DNA from: a virus
Direction: 5' to 3' (one strand)
DNA: 63,171 nt
IMG/VR virus record: IMGVR_UViG_3300031949_000033
Span: 1-63,171 of that record
The position numbers and the translations under genes are program-made. Under the pieces are notes generated by a model. The model worked only from the letters and a program-made list of their open reading frames with translations. It had not been told where the DNA came from and did no database searches. Positions 7,730 through 17,576 of this stretch are shown piece by piece; within the stretch, counting starts at the first letter, position 1; every line of letters begins with the position of its first letter.

Positions 7730-8944
7730 TTACCTGGAGACCCTTATTGCGTTGGTCCCCAAGAGCTTGTTGACGTAATTCGGGTTTGCTTCCATCCAGC
7801 GCATGGCTTCGTCTTCGTTGCCACTCAGAGCGGCGTTTGCTGCCGCTTCGCTGATCTCGCCGGCTTGCGCCCCCGAGCCTAGATTTCCGATATCAGGCGG
7901 CATGTCCGATTGCAACCTGAGCTTGGCCTCGCGTTGTTCCGCGGTAGGCTGCGGCTTGAGCGGTTGCTGTGCCGCGGGCGGCTGTGCGCCTGCGGTCGGC
8001 TGCCCTGATCCGGCAGTGTTCGCGTTGCCGGGCGTTCCCGCCGCACGCAGTTTCGCGCGCTCCGGGTCGAATTTCCGCTCGGCCAAAATGGCAATTTGCT
8101 GGCGCAGATACTTGGTGCCGTTGGGCCCCGGCTGAATTTCGCGGCCGTCGAGGTATGCCTGGTCGTAGACCATGCGGGTGATGGCATCGATTTGCCCTTC
8201 GCTCAGCTTGTAAAGGACCGGAAAGTCCTTCGCCAACTGCTCGGCGTGCTCGTCGAGTCCCATCCCGGTCGCCGTCGCGGTTTCCGCGAAGCGCTCGGCT
8301 GTCTCCCTGGCGATGGCTGCTTGGCGGGTATCATGGATCTGCCTGGCTTTCGCCTGCAGTGCCAATTCCTGCCGTTTCCACTCACCAGCGAGCAGATCCC
8401 CACTCTCGAACTTGTCGGCAAGAGCTACGATCTCGGCGTCAATGGCTGCCAGTTCCTCTTCCGGTGTTTGCTTGGCTGGTGTTTCTTTTCCAGCCTCGCC
8501 TTCGCCGGTCGGTTTCTGCGCCGCCATGGCTTGGAATGCCTGCGCTTGACCTTGCGCGAGGAGTTTGGCTTCCCGTTCCTCTGCAAGTGACTTGCGCAAC
8601 GCGATAATCGCTGCGGTCTGCGCGTTCTGGCTCGCCGCTTTTGCTCCTGTCTCCGCTGGCGTCGGCTGCTCGGTCGCTGGTTTATCCGCCGGCTTGCCCT
8701 GTGACGGCTGTGCTGCGGCCGCCGCTGGTTCCGCCTGCGGTTCACCCGCCCCTTGCTCTGCCTTCGCCTTGGCTTCCTTCTCGGCCTTGATTTCTGCCTC
8801 TATGCGCTCAAGCTCGGCATCCTCATCGGCAAACGCGTTGTACAGCGGCTGATCTTCCGGTGTCCCGGCTGTCGTCCCCTGTTCGAGTTCTTCCGGTTTG
8901 GGCGCCTGCTCTGCGATGCCACTTTGTGCTGTTGCTGCCGTCAT
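7730..8944 (-). CDS. Scaffolding protein (putative)
   Basis: 404 aa from Met87 of ORF 7730..9202, with AAGGA RBS. It is extremely A/E/K/Q-rich and coiled-coil-like (ELERIEAEIKAEKEAKAKAEQ). It lies directly upstream of the capsid gene. Confidence 0.6.
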   Translation of the reverse strand: MTAATAQSGIAEQAPKPEELEQGTTAGTPEDQPLYNAFADEDAELERIEAEIKAEKEAKAKAEQGAGEPQAEPAAAAAQPSQGKPADKPATEQPTPAETGAKAASQNAQTAAIIALRKSLAEEREAKLLAQGQAQAFQAMAAQKPTGEGEAGKETPAKQTPEEELAAIDAEIVALADKFESGDLLAGEWKRQELALQAKARQIHDTRQAAIARETAERFAETATATGMGLDEHAEQLAKDFPVLYKLSEGQIDAITRMVYDQAYLDGREIQPGPNGTKYLRQQIAILAERKFDPERAKLRAAGTPGNANTAGSGQPTAGAQPPAAQQPLKPQPTAEQREAKLRLQSDMPPDIGNLGSGAQAGEISEAAANAALSGNEDEAMRWMEANPNYVNKLLGTNAIRVSR

Positions 8945-9096
8945 ACCCTCATCCTTTTTCTGGTTGGAGAACCGACACGCCCGTAGTTTCCCCCCGGCGA
9001 CGGGTCGAGACGGATTAAGGTGCTGTCTCGCGCACCGCAGGACCGATTGCCGCCGTCCACGCGGTCGAACAAATTCTGTTGTCTGGCGCCGTCCAT

Positions 9097-9480
9097 CTAG
9101 TCGCGCTCGATCTCGATAATCAGGTGGCCGCGCGGCGATCCGCCGGCCCCGCCACCGGTTACCGTGAATTGCAGGTAATTGCCTGGGACCAGGCGCGGAC
9201 ATGACTCCGGTACGGCTGAATCCACGTCACCGGCGCCCGAGCCAGCAGTGGCGATGGTGAGAACACCACCGACGATTGTTCCGGCATCGGTGCTCGGCGT
9301 GATGGTGACATTGGCAGTCGACACCGCGCCGTCGATCACCGAGCGCAATTGGCGGTAGTAGCCAACGCACGGCACAGGCACGCAGTAGGCCGCTTCCGCC
9401 GAAAGGTCGGCTATGTCCAAGCCGATGCGAACGGTACGCTCTTCGCTACCTATGCTCGCCGATTGGGTTTGTCCCGTCAT
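9097..9480 (-). CDS. Hypothetical small beta-rich virion-module protein
   Basis: 127-aa ORF with AAGGAG RBS. Confidence 0.55.
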   Translation of the reverse strand: MTGQTQSASIGSEERTVRIGLDIADLSAEAAYCVPVPCVGYYRQLRSVIDGAVSTANVTITPSTDAGTIVGGVLTIATAGSGAGDVDSAVPESCPRLVPGNYLQFTVTGGGAGGSPRGHLIIEIERD

Positions 9481-9494
9481 GGCCGTGCTCCTTT

Positions 9495-10088
9495 TCAGAT
9501 TCCTATGGCCGGCGCCTTGGTGAAGTGCTCAGGCGACACCTGCTCACCCTGAGCGACAGCCTTTTGCTGGGACTTAGAATACTCCATGTGTTTTTGCAAC
9601 TCTACCCACCGCAGATGCGCGGTCGCGCAGATGTGCTCGAAATCGGTCGGCAACCAGTTGCGGATGACCACGTATGGCTTGTCGCACTCGATTGGGATCT
9701 GAAAGTCGCCCCCGGAATCTTTCCACAAGAGGTAAAACTCGCGCCCGCCGCGCACCCAACCGACCAGCCAGGCACCATCGAACGGGACCTGCTGGTTCAG
9801 GTGCTTTGCAACGCGCATGGCGTAGTCGATCCTGAACTGGGCCGGGCGCCACTGGTCGAAGTCCGACGAGCACCAGATCCACTTCCCCTCGGCCGTGTAG
9901 GCGCCGATCCAAAAAGCGAGATCGGGACTTTCCTGCAGCTCCATCCAGCCACGCACGCGCGCCCGCAGCCATGGCTCGGGTACGTTGTGTCCTCCGGCAG
10001 AGAGTTTTTCGGCGACGATAATCCCCGCCGGTTGATCCGTACCCGTAAACGCCCTGTCGTCGTACTGTCCTGCCCTTGCGTCTGTCAT
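9495..10088 (-). CDS. Hypothetical protein
   Basis: 197-aa ORF. Its ATG overlaps the stop of the upstream gene (ATGA coupling). Confidence 0.6.
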   Translation of the reverse strand: MTDARAGQYDDRAFTGTDQPAGIIVAEKLSAGGHNVPEPWLRARVRGWMELQESPDLAFWIGAYTAEGKWIWCSSDFDQWRPAQFRIDYAMRVAKHLNQQVPFDGAWLVGWVRGGREFYLLWKDSGGDFQIPIECDKPYVVIRNWLPTDFEHICATAHLRWVELQKHMEYSKSQQKAVAQGEQVSPEHFTKAPAIGI

Positions 10089-12235
10089 CGCCCATTCACC
10101 CTTTGCAAATAACTGCGGTCATTCGCCGCCTCGCGCCGGTACTCGTCGATCCATGCCACGCGGTAGGGCATGAAGGCTTCGTTGAAGACGGTCTGCGTCG
10201 TCAGTTGCGAGGACGAGAGGGCGGAAAGCCAAACTCGCGTGTTACGGGTTGAACAGAAGCAGCCTAGTCCGATGCCGATGCTCGACAGGTTCCACGTCGT
10301 ATCGTAAGTCCCAGCTACCGCGGCGGTCCCACCGGCAGCAACGGTCATGTCCGTTCCGGTCCAGGTGACGCCCATCTTGACCACACCAGAAGGCGTACCA
10401 GCCGTGCCATTGACGGTATTGGTGCCGTCGTAGCCCTTCACACCTGAATTCGTAGCCAAGGGCATCATGCCTTGCGTTGCGCTGCCGATGATGGAGCCTG
10501 TCGCATTCGCCCAAGCGTCGTAATGGACTTCAGCGTACATCGTGCCTGCCGTGTCGCTGAAGTTGCTCGCCGTCGGGTAGGTCAGACTATCCGCCGCCCT
10601 CGTCACGGCTACGGTGGTTGTCGTGATCCGTGAGGATGGGAAAGTTCCGACTTCATGCTGCACCATTCCCGCGCCGAGCGTTTCCGTTCCTGCCCTCGCC
10701 GCGCTTTCCAGTGTTGCCGTGTCCGTCGCGTTCAGGCTGATCTTGACCGTACCCGCAGCAGCTGCGGCGTTGGCCGTGTTCGTCGTGCAGGCTCGGTACA
10801 CATTCGCTGTTCCCGTCGCTTCAATGGTGCTGGTAGCACCCGCAGATACAGCGCCGACCACGCCATTCAGCAGATCGAAGCTCGCGCCCCATGTCGTCGT
10901 GCCATCGTTGTTGATGATCGCTACCCACCGCTGCGGAGTCGCGGAGACATAGCGCAGATCAGCGCAAGTCGTGTACTTCGCCGCCGTGAACGTGAAGGCT
11001 TGATCGAGCGAATGAACCGCAGTCGTGGCCTTCGGCTGCAACTTGTCCATCGTGGTCGTGCCATCGACGGAGACATACTGATCCGCGACAACAGCTTCCA
11101 TGTCCGCTGCGTTGCTGATGGTCCATGTCGTGCCGAGCGTGTTTGATTGCAGGATTACATTTTCGCGGCTACCCTCCGCCTGATAACCGAACGGCCCGCC
11201 TGCGTCTGTGGTGAGGGCAGAACTGTTCGCGGAGGTGATCGGCGCGCCAGTGGCTTCGGTGACGACGTTATCAGTGACCGTGTTGCCGTTCAGGGTGTCG
11301 AAATACTTGACGCCATCGACATTCGCGCCGTGGTAGGGGGCGGAGAGAACGCCAACACTGACGTACTCAGATGGGTTCTGGTTGGATTGGCCGATGACAA
11401 ACTCAATCTGCCCAGAACCAATTTCAAACTCATCGGATACAGCTACTGTCCCGCCCCCTTCTCCAGTTACTCCAACGCGAAAATTGTCGATCGGCGCCGA
11501 AGTTGCGGCCGTGTCGGTGACGGAATATCTTTTCCATTCCGAGGTCAACGTAACAACTTTTCTCTGATCGCCTTCACCCAACGCCCATACAGGAATTGTT
11601 TTCCCTATCGACCCGCCAAAACCTCGTAAAAAAATAGAGAAAACATTCAACTGCCCAACAACAAATCCGTTAGAAGGCCAGTACACTCTATACTCAGATG
11701 TTCCAACAGAAACACGGTAGGCGGTTGCCGTCCCGTCAGGGGATGTGACGCCAGTGGCCGTTATGGTCCCATTTGCAATAGCTGGTGTATTTACGGAACT
11801 TAACAAGACGTTACTAACCCTTCTCGCCCCCCTGAACCTCGCCTCCCCACTCAACACCTGCTTATGCAGCGCTTCCCAGTCCTGCACGTAGGCAGTCGAG
11901 GCGCGGGTGAAGGTGGGCGTTCCGCTGCCCGCGCTCCACGATGGAACGAGCGTGGTCTGGAGCGGCCAGAATCCATCAGGAATGGGGACTGGAGTTCCGC
12001 TGGTCCCAAACGGCAGCGTTAGCAGCGCGAGCCGATCCGGGGGTGCCTGATGTTGTTGCCACGGCAGCAGCCCATCTTCTCCGGCCGCGTGCCGGAGCCG
12101 GAAGTTCAGCGCCTCGAAATCAATGCCCTGCTCATCCTGTACGACGGGTGCGTTCGGTGCCGCCGGTATCGCCGACCACAGCAGCGACAGCAGGACTACG
12201 AGCAGGAAAGAGAAGAAGCGTCTGAACATGATCAT
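10085..12235 (-). CDS. Large secreted-looking protein (N-terminal signal-peptide-like segment) in the structural module
   Basis: 716 aa from MIMFRRFFSFLLVVLLSLLWSAIPAAPNAP. ATGA coupling to the 12232..12930 stop. The rest is T/G/A/S-rich and beta-like. Confidence 0.65.
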   Translation of the reverse strand: MIMFRRFFSFLLVVLLSLLWSAIPAAPNAPVVQDEQGIDFEALNFRLRHAAGEDGLLPWQQHQAPPDRLALLTLPFGTSGTPVPIPDGFWPLQTTLVPSWSAGSGTPTFTRASTAYVQDWEALHKQVLSGEARFRGARRVSNVLLSSVNTPAIANGTITATGVTSPDGTATAYRVSVGTSEYRVYWPSNGFVVGQLNVFSIFLRGFGGSIGKTIPVWALGEGDQRKVVTLTSEWKRYSVTDTAATSAPIDNFRVGVTGEGGGTVAVSDEFEIGSGQIEFVIGQSNQNPSEYVSVGVLSAPYHGANVDGVKYFDTLNGNTVTDNVVTEATGAPITSANSSALTTDAGGPFGYQAEGSRENVILQSNTLGTTWTISNAADMEAVVADQYVSVDGTTTMDKLQPKATTAVHSLDQAFTFTAAKYTTCADLRYVSATPQRWVAIINNDGTTTWGASFDLLNGVVGAVSAGATSTIEATGTANVYRACTTNTANAAAAAGTVKISLNATDTATLESAARAGTETLGAGMVQHEVGTFPSSRITTTTVAVTRAADSLTYPTASNFSDTAGTMYAEVHYDAWANATGSIIGSATQGMMPLATNSGVKGYDGTNTVNGTAGTPSGVVKMGVTWTGTDMTVAAGGTAAVAGTYDTTWNLSSIGIGLGCFCSTRNTRVWLSALSSSQLTTQTVFNEAFMPYRVAWIDEYRREAANDRSYLQRVNGR

Positions 12236-12930
12236 GCCGTGCAGGTGAAGTTTTGGGCGTCGACAGTGCCGTACCACGTCGTCCCGCCGTCGTAGGTGAA
12301 CCACGTATATTTGTCGCATTGACCACTGGTGCTGGTCGGCGTCGGCGCCGCACCGCCGTTATTGATCCACGTCGCCCCGGACATCCATGCGAGCGTGCGT
12401 GGCGTACCGTCGGCGCGGTAAATCAAGATAAACGAGCTTACCGTCCCCGTCGCCGCCGGGTTGCTCACCGTGGTTGTCGTCACATTGGCATCCAGGGGGA
12501 CAACGAAAAAATTGCTCAGCGCAAGATTGAGGGTGATTACGCCGGCCGCAATCGCGGGCGCAGTTTTCGCAAGATCCGCGCGGATCGCGGTCAGGCTTTT
12601 ATTCGTCAGCGCTTCCGCCCCTGCCAGCGTGCTCAGCGTGCCCGTCGTCGGGAGCGTGACTCCGGTGGTGGCGGTCGTCGTAACAGTCAGCGCGTGATTG
12701 CCGCTACGTGTCAACGTCGCCGCTGAATTGTTCGCAACGCCGGTACCCCCGTAGGCCGGGCCAACCACATCGGCATTCCAAGTTCCGGTCGTGACCGTAC
12801 CGAGCGTATCGATTGTCGTCGATCCCGTGCTCGGCATGAGCGGCGGTTTCGTGTAGATATTCACCTGCCCGACGACGAGCGTGCTGACCGCCGCCAGCGC
12901 TGCAAGCATCCATAGCGTGAGTTTCTTCAT
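12232..12930 (-). CDS. Fibre-like protein with signal-peptide-like N-terminus
   Basis: 232 aa. MKKLTLWMLAALAAVSTLVVGQ is followed by GTVTTGTWNADVVGPAYGGTGVANN, a motif I associate with tail-fibre repeats. Confidence 0.6.
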   Translation of the reverse strand: MKKLTLWMLAALAAVSTLVVGQVNIYTKPPLMPSTGSTTIDTLGTVTTGTWNADVVGPAYGGTGVANNSAATLTRSGNHALTVTTTATTGVTLPTTGTLSTLAGAEALTNKSLTAIRADLAKTAPAIAAGVITLNLALSNFFVVPLDANVTTTTVSNPAATGTVSSFILIYRADGTPRTLAWMSGATWINNGGAAPTPTSTSGQCDKYTWFTYDGGTTWYGTVDAQNFTCTA

Positions 12931-12939
12931 CGTGCGCTC

Positions 12940-13344
12940 CTACTTGTAAAATGCGCCGGTCACCACGCAAGTCGTTGGTGCGATGACCGATATGCTGGTT
13001 ACATCCCTGAGTCCCCACCCGCTTGGGTTGAGCATGGCTGCCGTGCCGTCCGTGGTGTCCCCCGGAACGGTCGCTGTCGCATCGACTCGTGCGTAGAAAT
13101 TGCACGTCGAACTGAAGACGACGCGCGTCGCCCCCGACGGTATCGTGAAGGATTCCGCAACATTGGCCGCCAGCGATAGCGCGTTGACAAAGGTCGGCGC
13201 CTCGGCGAGAAACGAACTGTACTGTCCGCCGGACTCCGAGAATACGTGAAGCGCATTGGCCGCCGCCCTGCCTTGGGTCGGAGCGGTCAAGAAAAGCGCC
13301 ATGCCAAGCAGCAGCGATACACCGATATTCAAGATTCTCATCAT
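12940..13344 (-). CDS. Small secreted-looking protein
   Basis: 134 aa from MMRILNIGVSLLLGMALFLTAPTQGRAAA, with AAGGAG RBS. The ORF-track start at 13398 is less likely. Confidence 0.55.
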   Translation of the reverse strand: MMRILNIGVSLLLGMALFLTAPTQGRAAANALHVFSESGGQYSSFLAEAPTFVNALSLAANVAESFTIPSGATRVVFSSTCNFYARVDATATVPGDTTDGTAAMLNPSGWGLRDVTSISVIAPTTCVVTGAFYK

Positions 13345-13406
13345 GTCTGTCTCCTTATGTGCTCGACGGGCACCCGTTTCCGGGCACCCGTCAAGCATCG
13401 TTTCTA

Positions 13407-16400
13407 CTACTTCTCTGCTTTGGCTTGCGCCAACTGTATCCGCAGTTCGTCGACCTGCGCCCTCAATTCCTTGACGGCGTTGATCAGCGGGTACACGAAC
13501 GCAGCCTCACCCAGCATTTGCTGGCCGTTATCGCATTCCGACCAACCGTGGAACGCCGACTTGTCCGACTGCGCGTCCAGCGCTGCCTTCACGTCCTGCG
13601 CGAACATGCCGAGCACCGTCCTCTCAGTATTGACTTTGTTCTCCGGATCGACGCCCCATTCCTTCGGCCATTCGCTGACCGGCTTGAACGTGAACTCCAC
13701 GGGTTGGAGCATGCAGACGAAATCCAGGCCAAGGCGTGAATCCCACAACAGGTTTTTCATGCGCTTGTCCGAGGGTGCGTCCCAGGTCTGGTCGGTATCG
13801 TAGTTGCAGGTGATCGCCCGCGTGCCGTTGCCGAGCGTGATGGCACCGTCAGCGATGCCGGTTACGCCTCTACCCAGCACGATCTGGTCGATGGCGCCGC
13901 CCGCGGAAACCGTTGAATCCGTCCCGACTACGACGTTCCCGGTACCGCTGGTGAGCGTCGTCCCGCCCGCCAACCGACCTACGAGCGTGTTGTTGACGCC
14001 TGTGGTGACCGTTGCCCCCGCCTCGCTGCCGACCGCCGTATTCTCGCCTGAGGCCGTGCCGTTCATGGCCCGCAGCGCGCCGGTGCCGACGGCCACGCAA
14101 TCGTCATCGGTTGCACCAGCGGCGAGAAGCATGCTGTCCGCACCTACGGCGACGTTGGAATTGCCGGTCACGTTCGCGGTCAGCGCATTGAACCCGACGG
14201 CTACGGTATCGATTGCCGTAGTCGAAGCGAGCATCGCATTGCTGCCCAGCGCAGTATTCCCGCCCGAGGCGGAACCGTTCGCCACTTTGCCTGCGTTTGC
14301 ACCGACGAACACATTGTCATCGTCCGTCGCCCCGGCCTGAGCCGCACCGGCGTCCTCACCCATGGCCACATTGCGCAGACCCGTGATGTTCGCAGCGAGA
14401 GCCCTGGCGCCGACTGCCGTGTTGCCGTTCGCCGTCGAAGCTGAGAGCGCCGCGAAGCCAACCGCAGTTGCATCAATGGTAGTCACCGCAGCGTCGAGTG
14501 CCGTCGAGCCGACCGCCGTATTCCCGCCGCTCGCTGAACCGTTGGCGAGCAGACCGGCGTTGTGACCGATAAACACGTTGTCGTCATCGGTCGCCCCGGC
14601 CTGAGCCGCACCGGCGTCCTCCCCGACCGCTACGTTCCTCAGCCCGGTCACGTTCGCCGTGAGCGCGCGTGCACCGACCGCCGTGTTGCCATCTGCGGTT
14701 GAGGCATTCAACGCTTGGAAGCCGACGGCAGTGGCGTCAATCGACGTTACCGCAGTGGCCAGCGCACCGCTACCTACAGCCACGTCACCGCCCGAGGCCG
14801 TGCCATTCAGCAGCGTGAGCGCTTGGAATCCTACCGCCACGCAGTCGTCATCCGTCGCACCGGCTGCGGTCTTCATCGCATCGGCCCCGACTACCGTGTT
14901 CTGGTTGCCTGTGACCTGCGCGGCAAGGGCATCGAAGCCGACGGCGACGCAATCAATGGAAGTCGTCGAAGCCGTCATCGCGTTACTGCCGACCGCCGTA
15001 TTCCCGCCGCTCGCCGAGCCGTTCGCTGTGGCGCCAGCCAAGTTGCCGAGGAAGGTATTGTCGTTGTCGTTCGCGCCTGCGGACGCCGCGCCCGCATCGA
15101 CCCCCACTGCGACGTTACGCAGTCCAGCGACATTGGCCGTGAGCGCCCGCGCACCCATCGCCGTGTTGCCGTTTGCGGTACTGGCGCCCAGCGCGTTGAA
15201 TCCAACCGCAGTCGCATCGACCGAAGTCACGGCTGCATCCAAGGCTTTCGACCCCACAGCTGTATTGCCGCCCGAAGCCGAACCATTGGCGAGCAGACCG
15301 GCGTTATAGCCGATAAACACGTTGTCGTCGTCCGTTGCACCGGCCTGCGCGCCGCCTGCGTCCTCTCCGACCGCTACGTTCCTCAGGCCAGTCACATTGG
15401 CGTCCAGCGCGCGTGCCCCGACTGCGGTGTTTCCATTCGCCGTGCTCGCCGAAAGAGCGTTGAACCCGAGCGCCGTTGCATCAATCGTGGTAACAGCCGC
15501 GTCCAGTGCGTTCGCACCGACCGCCGTGTTTCCACCTGAAGCGGTACCGTTGATCAACTTTCCGGCGCCGTCCCCAATGAGGGTATTGTCGTCATCGGTT
15601 ACCCCTGCCATCGCCGCACCGGCGTCAACCCCGACCGCGACATTGCGCAAGCCCGTGACATTGGCCGCGAGAGCCCTGGCGCCAAGCGCCGTGTTGCCGT
15701 CAGCCGTTGAAGCCGAAAGGGCGTTGAACCCGACGGCCGTGGCGTCTACGGTCGTGACCGCCGCATCCAGCGCCTTGCTGCCGACCGCCGTGTTGCCACC
15801 CGAAGCCGAACCATTCGACAGTAACCCGGCGTTGTAGCCGATGAACACGTTGTCGTCATCCGTCGCCCCGGCCTGAGCCGCACCGGCGTCCTCGCCCATC
15901 GCCACATTGCGCAAGCCAGTGACATTGGCCGCCAGAGCGCGCGCCCCGACTGCGGTGTTCCCGTTGGCGGTTGAGGCTGAGAGCGCATTGAAGCCGACGG
16001 CAGTCGCATCGATTGTCGTGACTGCGGCGTCTAAAGCTTTCGACCCCACAGCCGTATTGCCGCCCGAAGCCGAGCCATTAGCGAGCAGACCGGCGTTGTG
16101 ACCGATGAAGACGTTGTCGTTGTCGTTCGCCCCGGCCGCCGCACCGCCTGCATCGAGGCCGACCGCGACGTTCCTGACGCCAGCCACATTAGCATCGAGG
16201 GCCCCGGCGCCGACCGCCGTATTCCCCGCTGCCGTGCTGGCTGCCAGCGCATCCTTGCCGAGCGCCGTTGCGCCAGCGCCGGTCTGATTCGCACCCAGCG
16301 CGTTGAACCCAACCGCCGTGCAGTCAATCGCCGTCGTGCCTGCGTTGAATGCCGTCGAGCCGACCACCGTATTGCCGCCGCTGGCACTGCCGTTCGCCAG

Positions 16401-17504
16401 CAACCCGGCGTTGTGACCGATAAACACGTTGTCGTTGTCGTTCGCCCCGGCCGCCGCACCGCCCGCATCAACGCCAACGGCGACGTTGCGTACGCCAGCG
16501 ACATTGGCGTCCAGCGCTCGCGCGCCCACGGCTACGTTCCCGCTCGCCGTGCTGGCACCCAGCGCGTTGAACCCGACAGCGGTTGCATCAATCGATGTCA
16601 CGGCTGCATCCAGCGCCTTGCTGCCGACCGCCGTGTTGCCGCCGCTGGCACTGCCATTCGCCAGCAGACCGGCGTTATAGCCGACGAAGACGTTGTCGTC
16701 GTCCGTTGCACCGGCCTGCGCGCCGCCTGCGTCCTCTCCGACCGCTACGTTCCTCAGCCCGGTCACATTGGCGTCCAGCGCTCGCGCCCCCATCGCCGTG
16801 TTGCCGTTTGCGGTGCTTGCGCCCAGCGCGTTGAATCCAACCGCCGTGGCGTCAATGCTGGTGACTGCCGCATCGAGGGCTCCGCTTCCTACTGCGGTAT
16901 TCCCGCCGCTCGCCGAACCATTGGCCAGCTTCAGCGCGTTGTAGCCGACGGCGACGTTGTTGTCGTCCTCGGTACCAGCTGCCGTGAGCAAGGCATCCTT
17001 GCCGAGCGCAGTGTTCTGGTTGCCGGTAATGTTGGCGCTGAGCGCGCCGATACCGATGGCGACATTATTGGCACCCGTGGTATTGGCGTCCAACGCCGTT
17101 CCGCCGAGCGCCTGGTTCGTCGCCACCGCTCCGGCACCGAGAATGTTCACGAGGCGGAAATCGCCGATATCCTTGTTGCCGTCGACGACCACGGCCTTGC
17201 TGGCGGCTACCGTGCCAGGAGTTACGCCGTCGACCACGGTCCCCACACCGAAGTCGCCGTTGTAAACCCAGTCCGCCGAGGTCGGACCGATGGCGCGGTA
17301 GAAGTCCAAGGCGTCCGCACTGGACGTATTGGCGCACCATTCTCCCCGGAAGTTCGGCGTGATGTTGTTGGTCGGATCCCCTGCGTATTCCCTGTAGCCC
17401 AGCACGCTTGCTACCTCGCCGCGGTTCACCATCGGCGGGACGATTTCCTCCATCACGTCGACACTGCTTTTGCCCTTCTGCTGCATCTTGGTTTGAATTG
17501 CCAT
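13407..17504 (-). CDS. Giant fibre protein: YadA-head-like tandem repeats plus C-terminal S74-type intramolecular chaperone domain
   Basis: 1365-aa ORF. About 12 tandem units read like NTAVGxxALxAxxxxxxATAVGFNAL...NVAVGxDAG...DDDNVFxGxNAG..ANGSASGG. The C-terminal 121 aa start SDKRMKN (SDxRxK auto-cleavage motif) at 13407..13772. Confidence 0.8.
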   Translation of the reverse strand: MAIQTKMQQKGKSSVDVMEEIVPPMVNRGEVASVLGYREYAGDPTNNITPNFRGEWCANTSSADALDFYRAIGPTSADWVYNGDFGVGTVVDGVTPGTVAASKAVVVDGNKDIGDFRLVNILGAGAVATNQALGGTALDANTTGANNVAIGIGALSANITGNQNTALGKDALLTAAGTEDDNNVAVGYNALKLANGSASGGNTAVGSGALDAAVTSIDATAVGFNALGASTANGNTAMGARALDANVTGLRNVAVGEDAGGAQAGATDDDNVFVGYNAGLLANGSASGGNTAVGSKALDAAVTSIDATAVGFNALGASTASGNVAVGARALDANVAGVRNVAVGVDAGGAAAGANDNDNVFIGHNAGLLANGSASGGNTVVGSTAFNAGTTAIDCTAVGFNALGANQTGAGATALGKDALAASTAAGNTAVGAGALDANVAGVRNVAVGLDAGGAAAGANDNDNVFIGHNAGLLANGSASGGNTAVGSKALDAAVTTIDATAVGFNALSASTANGNTAVGARALAANVTGLRNVAMGEDAGAAQAGATDDDNVFIGYNAGLLSNGSASGGNTAVGSKALDAAVTTVDATAVGFNALSASTADGNTALGARALAANVTGLRNVAVGVDAGAAMAGVTDDDNTLIGDGAGKLINGTASGGNTAVGANALDAAVTTIDATALGFNALSASTANGNTAVGARALDANVTGLRNVAVGEDAGGAQAGATDDDNVFIGYNAGLLANGSASGGNTAVGSKALDAAVTSVDATAVGFNALGASTANGNTAMGARALTANVAGLRNVAVGVDAGAASAGANDNDNTFLGNLAGATANGSASGGNTAVGSNAMTASTTSIDCVAVGFDALAAQVTGNQNTVVGADAMKTAAGATDDDCVAVGFQALTLLNGTASGGDVAVGSGALATAVTSIDATAVGFQALNASTADGNTAVGARALTANVTGLRNVAVGEDAGAAQAGATDDDNVFIGHNAGLLANGSASGGNTAVGSTALDAAVTTIDATAVGFAALSASTANGNTAVGARALAANITGLRNVAMGEDAGAAQAGATDDDNVFVGANAGKVANGSASGGNTALGSNAMLASTTAIDTVAVGFNALTANVTGNSNVAVGADSMLLAAGATDDDCVAVGTGALRAMNGTASGENTAVGSEAGATVTTGVNNTLVGRLAGGTTLTSGTGNVVVGTDSTVSAGGAIDQIVLGRGVTGIADGAITLGNGTRAITCNYDTDQTWDAPSDKRMKNLLWDSRLGLDFVCMLQPVEFTFKPVSEWPKEWGVDPENKVNTERTVLGMFAQDVKAALDAQSDKSAFHGWSECDNGQQMLGEAAFVYPLINAVKELRAQVDELRIQLAQAKAEK
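13960..17060 (-). repeat. In-frame tandem coding repeats, about 264 nt (88 aa) per unit, some units longer
   Basis: Long near-identical DNA blocks recur through the region. One example is gttgtcgtcgtccgttgcaccggcctgcgcgccgcctgcgtcctctccgaccgctacgttcctcag at about 15320 and about 16690. Boundaries are approximate. Confidence 0.75.
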
Positions 17505-17576
17505 GGCTAGCTCCTGTTTTCAGTCAATCAATCAAATATGCCGAGTTTGCCCGCCCGGCTCTCGGGGGTGCTACTC

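Noticed and set aside
13960-17060. Periodic repeats considered as a CRISPR array (also 44606..45218).
   Set aside because: The repeats are in frame within long ORFs. They are contiguous, with no unique spacers, and their periods of about 264 nt and 60 nt correspond to protein repeat units. No cas genes are present.
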